DNA of 64,000 nt from Chthonomonas calidirosea. GTDB lineage: Bacteria; Armatimonadota; Chthonomonadetes; Chthonomonadales; CAJBBX01. Below, piece after piece: positions 38,488-47,298 of this stretch (position 1 is the stretch's first letter; every line of letters begins with the position of its first letter). The stretch lies in the NCBI GenBank assembly GCA_020722705.1, contig DYKI01000003.1, positions 4,177 through 68,176 of the forward strand, in the 5' to 3' direction. The translations under genes were made by a program, and so were the position numbers. The notes under the pieces were generated by a model. It did not search any database. It saw only the letters and a program-made list of their open reading frames with translations, and was not told where the DNA came from.

Positions 38488-39534
38488 TCAGCCCTTCAAC
38501 CCGGTCAGCGTCACTCCCTGGATGAAGTAGCGCTGGGTGAGGAAGAACACGACGAGGACAGGGAGCATCATCATCGTGCTGGCAGCCATCAAGAGGCCTG
38601 GTTCGCCGCCGTGGGCCGTCTGAAAGAGCTGGAGCGCGTACGCCAGGGGCATCTTGAGGGGAGAACTGATGTAGATGAGGGGGCCCATGAAGTTGTTCCA
38701 CGCGCCCATGAAGGTCATGATGGTGATGGCGGCCAGTGCGGGCTTCACGAGAGGAAGCATGATCCGATGATAGATGCCGAAGTAGCTGCAGCCGTCTATC
38801 TTGGCCGCGTCCTCGAGGTCGTTCGGGATGGTCAGGAAGAACTGGCGCAGGAGGAACACGTTGAACGCGCTGCCAAAGAATGCCGGCACCCAGAGTGGCA
38901 TCAGCGTGTCTATCCAGCCGAGCCACCGGAAGATCAGAAACACGGGCATCATCGTGACAGCGCCGGGAAGCATCATCGTGGCCAGGAGGATAACGAACAT
39001 ACCGTCGCGCCCGGGCCAGCGAAGCCGCGAAAAGCTGAAAGCGACCATCGAGCTTGCCAGGATGGTGCCAACGATACTGAGCACGGCGAGGATGAGCGTG
39101 TTCCAGACGAAAACAAGACCGGCGTTCGTCTCCGGTGGAAGGAACTGCAGCGCGTCGGGGTAGTTCTGCCAGACCGGCCCGAACTGCTTGATCTTGGTCA
39201 CGTTGGATCGCGGCCTAACGAAGCGCTTGCCCCTGGTCGGACCCTCGAGCGTTTCCAGCACCTGTTCGCCGGTCTCGCGATCCTCCAACACCGCGACCTT
39301 CACCGACCGGCCCATGTACTCCGCGGTGGCCAGGCCAACCTGCTTGCCATGGAGCGAGATCATGACTTGCTGCCTCGGTATCCACACCGGAGGAAACCGG
39401 CTCATGTCCTCGTCCTCCTTGAGCGACGTGACCACGAGCCAGGCAAACGGTACGAGGAAGAGAAGCGATCCGAGGACGAGCGTAAAGTGGATCACCGCGA
39501 CGCGTACACGGGCGCGGAGGCTTCGGCTGTTCAT
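38488..39534 (-). CDS. Carbohydrate ABC transporter permease (MalG-type)
   Basis: FLLRQFFLTIPNDLEDAAKIDG EAA loop, WNNFMGPL, QRYFIQG. Confidence 0.93.
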   Translation of the reverse strand: MNSRSLRARVRVAVIHFTLVLGSLLFLVPFAWLVVTSLKEDEDMSRFPPVWIPRQQVMISLHGKQVGLATAEYMGRSVKVAVLEDRETGEQVLETLEGPTRGKRFVRPRSNVTKIKQFGPVWQNYPDALQFLPPETNAGLVFVWNTLILAVLSIVGTILASSMVAFSFSRLRWPGRDGMFVILLATMMLPGAVTMMPVFLIFRWLGWIDTLMPLWVPAFFGSAFNVFLLRQFFLTIPNDLEDAAKIDGCSYFGIYHRIMLPLVKPALAAITIMTFMGAWNNFMGPLIYISSPLKMPLAYALQLFQTAHGGEPGLLMAASTMMMLPVLVVFFLTQRYFIQGVTLTGLKG

Positions 39535-41993
39535 TTCTTCTCGGCTTCGTAGTGGACCCAGCGCGGCGCCACCTTCAACTGCACCACCGTCAGGAGCAGG
39601 ATGATCACGAACAGGACCCATGCCAACGCTGAGGCGTAACCCATCTTGAAGTACTTGAAGGCGCTGTTGAACAGGTACATGACGGGAACGAGGAGGCTGT
39701 CCACCGGGCCGACCGAGGACCCGCCCGCACCCTGGCCGCTCAGCACGTACACGCGATCGAACTCCTGAAGCGCCCCGATGGTACCCATGATCAGGTTGAA
39801 GAAGACGTAAGGGGACAGCATGGGAAGTGTGACATTGCGGAACTTGCACCACACGCCTGCTCCGTCGAGTTCGGCGGCTTCATAGAGGTGCTGAGGGATG
39901 CCCTGCAGACCGGCCAGCCAGAGGATCATACCTCCGCCCGCGCCCCATAGGCCTTGAACGATGAGACCCGGCTTCGCCCATTCGGCGGCGCCGAACCAAC
40001 CGGGAGGATCCCAGCCGAACCATACGCTGAGCGTGACCTTCCATGCGGCATTGAGGAGTCCTCGATTGGGATCTCCATTCAGTACCCACGCCCAGAGGAC
40101 CGCGCTGGCGACCACCGGTACGATGGATGGCAGATAGAAGCAGGTCCGATAGACGCTCATGCCCGCGACCTTCGAGTTGAGGAGCATCGCGATCGCCAGT
40201 CCCGTAATGATGCCCAGCGGGATGCCGATGCCCGCGAGATAGGCGACGTTGTAGAGCGACGTCGTCAGGTAGTAGCTGTCCGACGAGAACAGCTCGCGGT
40301 AGTTGTCCAGCCCCACGAATCGGGGTGAGTGCAGAACGTCGTAGTCGCAGAAGCTCAAGAAGATCGAAGTGAGGATCGGGCCGGCTGTGAGCGCCAGAAA
40401 GCCGAACAGCCAGGGCGACGCGAAAGCATATCCTGCCCACGCCTCTTGCCTTGAAACGCGCCCGAGCCGCAGGATGCCGACCACACGCCAGCCGCCATAG
40501 GCAAGGACCGCGATGCCGCAGACGACAGCCAGAGCAACCGGGATTTTAGGATCGAGGGGAGGGTAGACCTTGCGGTTCAGGACCTTGTCCAGTTCCTTCT
40601 GGACAACAGCCGCGCCTTCGGCCATGGCCACCTTGGGCGTTTTTCCGGTATCCGCATGGTGTGTGGCCTGATCGAATGCCCGTGCGTGCTCATCCCACAG
40701 ACGTTGGCCAACGAAGGTAACCGGTCTGAAACGCGCGGCGGGCATCATGTCTATGAAAAGACGAAGAGGAGCGCGGAACTTCTCGGCCTGTGGTGCATAG
40801 GCGGCGAAGACAGCCTCATTCACGCGACGGTTAGCCGATATGCCCGGAATGAACGGACGGCCCTTCGCCAGGTTGTAGCGACGCTGGGCTTCCGCGTCAA
40901 TCAGGCCCGCCTCAGGGCTGCACATCCACTTGATGAAGGCCCACGCTTCGCGCGTGCGTCTCGCTCCGCGCGGGATCGCATACGAAAAGCCCCCTGACCA
41001 TGTGATGAACGGCGGCTGACCCGTAAACCGACCCTGCTTGCGACCTTCGGTTTGATCGAGGCGCTCGGCAGGCACCGGCGCCGGCGCGACGCCGAAATCC
41101 AGATCGGGTCTATACCGCCCGATGCCCTGAAGGACCCAGTTGCCGTCTATCTTCATCGCGACCTTGCCGGTCAGGAATGGGTCCAGCTCCTGGGCCTGGA
41201 AGCCCGATGCGAATGCATCCACTTTCGTTACGCCGCCGAGAGCATCGTAGACATCAACCATGAACTGGAGAGCCGCTATGCTCTGAGGATTGTCGAGGGT
41301 GCATCGCCGGCCGTCGGGCGACATGAACTCGCCGCCATTCTGCCAGCTATAGAGGTACAGCCATGAGTTGCCGTAGTTGGGGATAAAGCCGATGCGAGCG
41401 AATGACCCGTCGGCGTTCAGCTTGGTCAGCCGCTTGGCCGCATCGAGGAGCTGGTCCCACGTTCTTGGAGGCTTTGATGGGTTCAGACCGGCTGCGCGGA
41501 ACAGGGACCGATTGTAATAGAGCGCACGATCGTCGGTACTGGAAGGTATGGCGAACACGCGCCCCTGGTAGACGGCCTCGGCCCAGCACGCTTCGTAGAA
41601 GTCATCGGGCTTGATGGCGTCAGGAGCTCCGGCGTCGTTGCGGATCAGATCGTCTAGAGGTCGAAACGCGTCGCGGGAGGCCCAATCGCCAATCGTGAAG
41701 CGATCCTGATGAATAACGTCGGGCGGAACCTTGCCGACGATCGCGGTCATCAGTTTCTGGGGGTTCATCTGGCCCGCGCCCATGGAGAGGATGCTGACCT
41801 TGACCCCATGCCTGCGCTCGAACTCGGAGACACGCGCGCGCAGTCCCTCACTTTCCTCGCCGTACTGCAGGCCCCAGACAACCAGTTCGGGATGTTCGTT
41901 TGGCGCGGTCGGAGAGACGCCGCAGCCCGAAAGCGTTGCGATGGCTACGCCTGCCAGGGCCAGAAACGTGAAGAGGGGGAAATGAAAGCGCAT
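39531..41993 (-). CDS. Fused sugar-binding lipoprotein + MalF-type permease
   Basis: Lipobox LSGC; SBP motifs (LYYNRSLF, FLTGKVAM, WSGGF); then GYAFASPW, FVGLDNY, LQGIPQHLYEAAELDGA, MGYASA in one frame. Confidence 0.9.
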   Translation of the reverse strand: MRFHFPLFTFLALAGVAIATLSGCGVSPTAPNEHPELVVWGLQYGEESEGLRARVSEFERRHGVKVSILSMGAGQMNPQKLMTAIVGKVPPDVIHQDRFTIGDWASRDAFRPLDDLIRNDAGAPDAIKPDDFYEACWAEAVYQGRVFAIPSSTDDRALYYNRSLFRAAGLNPSKPPRTWDQLLDAAKRLTKLNADGSFARIGFIPNYGNSWLYLYSWQNGGEFMSPDGRRCTLDNPQSIAALQFMVDVYDALGGVTKVDAFASGFQAQELDPFLTGKVAMKIDGNWVLQGIGRYRPDLDFGVAPAPVPAERLDQTEGRKQGRFTGQPPFITWSGGFSYAIPRGARRTREAWAFIKWMCSPEAGLIDAEAQRRYNLAKGRPFIPGISANRRVNEAVFAAYAPQAEKFRAPLRLFIDMMPAARFRPVTFVGQRLWDEHARAFDQATHHADTGKTPKVAMAEGAAVVQKELDKVLNRKVYPPLDPKIPVALAVVCGIAVLAYGGWRVVGILRLGRVSRQEAWAGYAFASPWLFGFLALTAGPILTSIFLSFCDYDVLHSPRFVGLDNYRELFSSDSYYLTTSLYNVAYLAGIGIPLGIITGLAIAMLLNSKVAGMSVYRTCFYLPSIVPVVASAVLWAWVLNGDPNRGLLNAAWKVTLSVWFGWDPPGWFGAAEWAKPGLIVQGLWGAGGGMILWLAGLQGIPQHLYEAAELDGAGVWCKFRNVTLPMLSPYVFFNLIMGTIGALQEFDRVYVLSGQGAGGSSVGPVDSLLVPVMYLFNSAFKYFKMGYASALAWVLFVIILLLTVVQLKVAPRWVHYEAEKK

Positions 41994-42005
41994 TGGATCG
42001 GAGGG

Positions 42006-42079
42006 ATTCTAACAGGACGAACGGAGAAGTGTCAACGCACGCGGTGTGCGTTGACACACGCCGTCCATCTCGCTATACT
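42006..42079. promoter_or_regulatory. Back-to-back divergent sigma70 promoters sharing a 12-bp inverted repeat
   Basis: Plus strand TTGACA(42051)-N17-TATACT(42074); minus strand TTGACA(42035)-N18-TAGAAT(42011); IR GTGTCAACGCAC-N5-GTGCGTTGACAC at 42029-42057. Confidence 0.75.
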
Positions 42080-42162
42080 CCTCGCAGAAGCGGTGCCGCA
42101 TCCCTTGCGGGGCGGCAACACAACGATCGGTCAGGCAGGACCGTTGGGTCGGGAGGGTCTCC

Positions 42163-43119
42163 ATGAAGCGAATCGGTTTGGCGGCTGTTGTCGGGCTCTG
42201 TTGTGCCCTCATCGTCGGGTGTGGCAAGCAGGAAACGAAACCGACGATCGCCGTGATCCCGAAGGGCACCAGCCAGTCGTTCTGGCTTGCGGTCAAAGCC
42301 GGTGCCGAGAAGGCGGGGGCTGAGGGGAACGTTGCCATCCATTGGGAAGGCCCGACCGAGGAGACCGATCTCGACGGTCAGATCCGCGTCGTCCAGAACG
42401 CCATCACGAAGAAGGTGAAAGCGATCGTTCTGGCCGCTTGCGATGCCAAGAGCCTTGTCCGGTATGTGAAGGAGGCTCAGGCGGCGGGCATTCCGGTGGT
42501 CACCATCGATTCCGGCATCAACCCTGACATCAGCAAGGCGTTCCTGGCGACCGACAACGTTCTTGGGGGCGCTCAGGCTGCCGACACGCTGGCTAGTCTC
42601 GTTGGCGAGAAGGGCAAGGTAGGGCTGCTGCCGTTCATCAAGGGGGCGGGCTCATCGGACGACCGCGAGCGCGGCTTCATTGACGGCTTGAGCAAGTACC
42701 CCGATATTGACCTTGGAGACCGAGTTCTCTATTCGAACAGCGACGTCTCCATTGGCCTTGACAAGACGAAGTCCATGTTGACCTCAACGCCGGACCTTGC
42801 CGGGCTTTTTGCCGCGAACCAGGGCGGGGCGGAGGGCGCGATACAGGCGATCCGCCAAATGGGCAAAGCCGGAAAGGTCAAGCTCGTCTGCTACGACGCG
42901 TCAGAGGCCGAGATTCAGGCGCTGAGAGACGGCGTTGTCCAAGCGCTGATCGTCCAGAACCCGTACCGAATGGGCTATGAGGGCGTCAAGACGGCGCTTC
43001 GTGCGGCCAATGGCGAGACGATTGACCCCCGTGTGATAGATACGGGCGTGACCGTAGTGACGGCCGAGAACCTCGACACGCCTGAGATACAGAAGCTTCT
43101 GGACCCAACGAAGGGGTAG
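42163..43119 (+). CDS. Monosaccharide ABC substrate-binding lipoprotein (RbsB/Peripla_BP_4 type)
   Basis: Lipobox IVGC; IPKGTSQSFW, IPVVTIDSG, ATDN..GG, VQNPYRMGY. Confidence 0.92.
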   Translation: MKRIGLAAVVGLCCALIVGCGKQETKPTIAVIPKGTSQSFWLAVKAGAEKAGAEGNVAIHWEGPTEETDLDGQIRVVQNAITKKVKAIVLAACDAKSLVRYVKEAQAAGIPVVTIDSGINPDISKAFLATDNVLGGAQAADTLASLVGEKGKVGLLPFIKGAGSSDDRERGFIDGLSKYPDIDLGDRVLYSNSDVSIGLDKTKSMLTSTPDLAGLFAANQGGAEGAIQAIRQMGKAGKVKLVCYDASEAEIQALRDGVVQALIVQNPYRMGYEGVKTALRAANGETIDPRVIDTGVTVVTAENLDTPEIQKLLDPTKG

Positions 43120-43155
43120 GGGGGTCGGCCTGCCGCCTTCAGGCTTCAGGAGGCC

Positions 43156-44250
43156 CTACAGGGCGATCAGATCGCGCTCCGCATCGGTGAGCACTTGGTG
43201 TCCGTCATCGGTCACAAGCACGTCGTCCTCGATGCGGATGCCGCCCCACTCAGGGATGTAAATACCGGGCTCGACGGTGAGCACCATCCCGGGCTTAAGG
43301 ACGAGGTCGCTGGATGGGGACATGCCCGGACCGTCGTGGACTTCGAGGCCCACACTATGCCCGAGCCCGTGGCCGAACCGCTCGCCATAGCCTGCTTCGG
43401 CAATCCGCCCGCGCGCCAGAGCGTCCACATCCTTGCCCAGCAATCCGGGCTTCATCGCATCAACGGCCGCACGCTGCGCTGCCTGTACGACGGCGTAGAC
43501 CGTCTGCTGCATCGCAGACGGAGGACCAATGACCACGGTCCTTGTGATATCGGAGCAATAGCCGTTCCAACGGGCGCCGAAGTCGAGCGTGACCAGATCG
43601 CCGCGCTCAATGACCCGTGCGGACGGCTGGCCGTGCGGCATGGCAGAACGGGGTCCGGAGACCGCGATGCTCGGGAATGCAACTTCGGCGTCGTGGTCTT
43701 TACGGATTTGCCATTCGAGCTCCAGCATCAGGTCCCGCTCGGAGATGCCGGGCGCGAGCCGGTCGCAGACGCTCGCAAAGACTTCATCAACGATGCGGCA
43801 TGCATGGCGCAGGTGCTCGATCTCGTCGGCGTCCTTAATGAGCCGTAGGGTGCGAATCAAGCCCGACTCAGGCCGCAGGGTGATTCTGCCCGCCAACCGC
43901 GACTCGTAGTCGGCGAAGGCGGCCACCGTCATCGTATCGGACTCGATTGCCAGCTCTCCTGACATTGACGCCGTCAGCAGCTCGATCAGGTTTTCACCGG
44001 CACTGGATGTCAGATGATTGATCGGCAGGCCTGGGCATTCTGCGGCTGCCTGAACTGAATAACGGGAGTCTACGGCAAGCCAGGCGTCGTCGGCTGAAAC
44101 GAGCGCATAGGCGTGCGAGCCCGTGAAACCCGTTGCCCAGCGTATGTTGGCAATGTCGGTGATCAGGAGCGCATGCAGCCCGCGTTCAGCGAGAGAAGCC
44201 CGCAGGCGTTCGATTCGTCGGGCAGCGAAGCCCGTGCCGGCTTGCGTCAT
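43156..44250 (-). CDS. Xaa-Pro peptidase (M24 family)
   Basis: TGFTGS, LRLIKD..EI, PHG, DFGA..GYCSDITRT, HGLGHSVGLEVHD, TVEPGIY, GIRIED. Confidence 0.95.
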   Translation of the reverse strand: MTQAGTGFAARRIERLRASLAERGLHALLITDIANIRWATGFTGSHAYALVSADDAWLAVDSRYSVQAAAECPGLPINHLTSSAGENLIELLTASMSGELAIESDTMTVAAFADYESRLAGRITLRPESGLIRTLRLIKDADEIEHLRHACRIVDEVFASVCDRLAPGISERDLMLELEWQIRKDHDAEVAFPSIAVSGPRSAMPHGQPSARVIERGDLVTLDFGARWNGYCSDITRTVVIGPPSAMQQTVYAVVQAAQRAAVDAMKPGLLGKDVDALARGRIAEAGYGERFGHGLGHSVGLEVHDGPGMSPSSDLVLKPGMVLTVEPGIYIPEWGGIRIEDDVLVTDDGHQVLTDAERDLIAL

Positions 44251-44693
44251 CGGTGGCTCTCCTCAACGATCTCCTTGATGGCTTCGAGCGCGATCCGGTA
44301 ACCGCGCGGGCCGAGACCGATGATCTGCCCGACACAGACCGGTGCGACCACCGAGTGCCGTCGCCATTCTTCGCGGGCGTGCACATTGCTGACATGTACC
44401 TCGATGGCCGGCAGTCGGACCGCGGCGAGCGCATCGCGAATGGCGTACGAATAGTGCGTGTACGCCCCGGGGTTGATGACAATACCGTCCGCCCACGTCA
44501 TGGCGTCATGGATTGCGTCTATGAGCTGCCCTTCGCTGTTCGACTGGATAATGCGGATTTCCATGCCGAGGTCTCGCGCGAACTCCTTGAGCCTGCGATT
44601 CAAATCATCGAAAGTCGTCTTGCCATACACCTCCGGCTCGCGAGTGCCGAGCAGGTTCAGGTTGGGACCATGGAGGATCAGGCAGCGGATCAT
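44247..44693 (-). CDS. aroQ: Type II 3-dehydroquinate dehydratase
   Basis: HGPNLNLLGTREPEVYG, QSNSEG, INPGAYTHYS, EVHVSNVHARE. Confidence 0.97.
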   Translation of the reverse strand: MIRCLILHGPNLNLLGTREPEVYGKTTFDDLNRRLKEFARDLGMEIRIIQSNSEGQLIDAIHDAMTWADGIVINPGAYTHYSYAIRDALAAVRLPAIEVHVSNVHAREEWRRHSVVAPVCVGQIIGLGPRGYRIALEAIKEIVEESHR

Positions 44694-44884
44694 TGGCTGA
44701 CCCGGTCCTGCGTCTCAGGTGCCGGCATCTCCGCTTCGTCAACGAGCATGATGGGGATGCCGTCGCGGATCGGGTACCGGCGTGCGCAAACGGTGCAGAC
44801 GATTGCGTCGCCCTCAAGCCTGACCGGCGGCCGATCATCGCAAGCGGGGCAGGCCAGAATCTCCAACAGTTTCGCATCAATCAT
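44690..44884 (-). CDS. Trm112 family protein (YcaR-like)
   Basis: MIDAKLLEILACPAC...CTVCARRYPIRDGIPIMLVDEA; GGAGG SD. Confidence 0.92.
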   Translation of the reverse strand: MIDAKLLEILACPACDDRPPVRLEGDAIVCTVCARRYPIRDGIPIMLVDEAEMPAPETQDRVSQ

Positions 44885-44907
44885 TGTGAGTAACCCTCCT
44901 GTCGTGT

Positions 44908-47064
44908 CTATCGTCGTGATGCCGGTGTCGTGAGCGCCGTTACCCTGCCGTTCATCGAGGCGACATACGTCAAACCGGCAGCTCCAGCCGGACTGGAGAA
45001 CGAGAAGCCGGGGCGCGGCGAGTAGCGGGCAATGATCGCGCCGGATTCGGGATCCAGCCATGTCACTCGTCCCTCTACGGATCCGATCGCGATCAAGTCG
45101 CCCGTTAGGGATGGCGACGAGTCGTAGTTATCAGCTCCTGTTTCGGCCTTCCAGATCAGGCGACCGTCTTCAGCATCCATGGCATAGCAGTTTCCGCGGC
45201 CGCTTTCGCCGAGGCCCCCCAGAAAGACGCGTCCCCTGTGGACCAACGGTGACGAGTAGCCGAATGTGTCTGAGCCTGCCGGCGCCCGAACGGCCCATAG
45301 CTCTTCGCCATCGGAGAGGCGCATGCAATGCAGCAGGCCGTCATTGGTGCAGATGAAAACTCGCCCATTGGAGATCGAGGGTGACGCGATGGCCGGCGAA
45401 TAGTAGAAGCTCAGCCGGCCCTTGCCGCCCTGGGTTCGTCCCATCTCGCGTTTCCAGGCCACGGTGCCCGTCGTCGTGCGGATTGCGTAGACGGCGTTGT
45501 CCCATCCGCCGAGGACAAACATGCCATCGGATGCCGCCGCGCGTGACTGGAAGAACGAGCCGGTAGGCACCGACCAGGCGCGCCTGCCTGTTGCCACGCT
45601 GACACCATGAATGGCCCCGTTCCCTCCGACGCACACAATGCCATCGCTGACCGCCGCTGTGGCGAAGATGGGGGCACCCGTGTCGTAACGCCAGCGCAGC
45701 CTCCCTGTCCGGCGATCGAGACAGTAGAGGTGATGGTCCATAGAGCCGATAAAAAGCGCATCACCCTCGATGGTTGGGGACGAGTAGATGCTGCCCGATG
45801 TGGCCCGCTTCCATTTCAACCGCCCCGTCTTGGCGTCCATGGCATAGGCATTGCCATCGAACGAACCGACATATACAGTGGCCGCCATGTTTCCGCCGTT
45901 TGCGGGCGACCGGTCATCCGCCACAGCCGGTGAGCCTTGTATTGTGCTCTTCGTCAAGTGATCCCACACTTCACGCACCGGTGCATCCGGGCTATCTGTC
46001 TGGAATGGTACACGCAACGTTGTCGTGTCGCCGCTCCCGTCCGCAACGGTCACTTCGAGAACGTGCCATCCGGGCAGAAGGCTGGAGGCGTCAAGCTCGG
46101 CCTGAAGCGCACCGCGGGCCGAAGCAGCCATCGTTCCGCTCAGCGATGATCCGAGTACCGACCACTGCGCCTGGAGCCGACGGTCGTTTGCGCGTGGCTG
46201 CGTTTCGAGCCGGAATCGGCGACGGTCGAGCAGGGGAGACCCTGCATCATCCCACAAGACGCGAAGCTTGGGTGCCGCTGGCCGTGCCAGTCGGATCTCG
46301 GCAATCGTACGGCTTGACCATTCGCCGTTCGTCCTGGTCTGCCGTTTGACCGTCGCCGTGCCCGATCCCACCTCGACCTCATGGTATGATCCCTGGTAGA
46401 GTCCTCTGGCCATGAAGCACTCGATGCCGTTGACCTTCCAGTGCAGGTCGGCATGCCCGTGTCCGATGAAAGCGGCCACGACATTGTGGGACCTGAGAAT
46501 CTCCAGCAGTTCGTGGGCATTGTCAATGTTCGTTCGTTCACGGCCGAACCAGTGGTGCAGGAAGATGAACACGGGTGTGCCCCGCTTCAGCTTGCGCAGG
46601 TCGGATGCGAGCCACGTGAGCTGTGCTCCATCGAAATGTCCCCAGTGCTCAAGGACGACCGTGCTGTCGAGGAGGACGAAGTGGCAGCCCGCGTGGTCGA
46701 ACGACCTGTAGAGAGGGCCGCAGGCGCGTTCGAAGGCTTCCTTCCCCAGGGGGGCCCATCGAACGTCGTGGTTACCAGGGACGGCATACATGGGCAAGCG
46801 CGAGCCTGTGATGGCCTTCGCATAGGCTTCAAACTCAGAGGTCCGGCCCAACTCGGTCACATCGCCGGTATTCACGACAAACGCAGGCGCAGGCGAGGCA
46901 TCCTGTTCGCGTTTCAGCAGCTCGATGACCGGATCAACGTTCTTGCCGACGGCGACATGCGTATCAGTGATGTGCAGGAACCTGAACGGCGCCGGTCCTG
47001 AATCGGCGCGGCACTGCGCTCCCCAAGGGATGAGCGCGAGCGCGAGCGCAAGGTGTAGCTTCAT
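44908..47064 (-). CDS. Secreted calcineurin-like metallophosphoesterase fused to a PQQ-type beta-propeller
   Basis: Signal peptide MKLHLAL; DTH, GD, GNHD, HH, GHGH metal motifs; repeated YxxDxxTGxLxW propeller blades. GGAGG SD before ATG 47064. Confidence 0.85.
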   Translation of the reverse strand: MKLHLALALALIPWGAQCRADSGPAPFRFLHITDTHVAVGKNVDPVIELLKREQDASPAPAFVVNTGDVTELGRTSEFEAYAKAITGSRLPMYAVPGNHDVRWAPLGKEAFERACGPLYRSFDHAGCHFVLLDSTVVLEHWGHFDGAQLTWLASDLRKLKRGTPVFIFLHHWFGRERTNIDNAHELLEILRSHNVVAAFIGHGHADLHWKVNGIECFMARGLYQGSYHEVEVGSGTATVKRQTRTNGEWSSRTIAEIRLARPAAPKLRVLWDDAGSPLLDRRRFRLETQPRANDRRLQAQWSVLGSSLSGTMAASARGALQAELDASSLLPGWHVLEVTVADGSGDTTTLRVPFQTDSPDAPVREVWDHLTKSTIQGSPAVADDRSPANGGNMAATVYVGSFDGNAYAMDAKTGRLKWKRATSGSIYSSPTIEGDALFIGSMDHHLYCLDRRTGRLRWRYDTGAPIFATAAVSDGIVCVGGNGAIHGVSVATGRRAWSVPTGSFFQSRAAASDGMFVLGGWDNAVYAIRTTTGTVAWKREMGRTQGGKGRLSFYYSPAIASPSISNGRVFICTNDGLLHCMRLSDGEELWAVRAPAGSDTFGYSSPLVHRGRVFLGGLGESGRGNCYAMDAEDGRLIWKAETGADNYDSSPSLTGDLIAIGSVEGRVTWLDPESGAIIARYSPRPGFSFSSPAGAAGLTYVASMNGRVTALTTPASRR

Positions 47065-47298
47065 ATGCCGGACGTAGACCTCCCCCTTCCGTGTCGTCAA
47101 TACGGTACCCCAACGGTTGAGGAACACCGTCGAGAGACCCGCAGGCCGCGTCGGTTCTCTATGGGGGGGCACACTCCCGACTTCGGAAAGCTGTGAAGGA
47201 ATGCGTTGGACCCGTGCCCAATAAACCCATAACAGGGCGAAGTGGAGTGGCAGTAAACTAGTGATCGAGCCAATGGATGTCATAGAGAGGATCCACAC

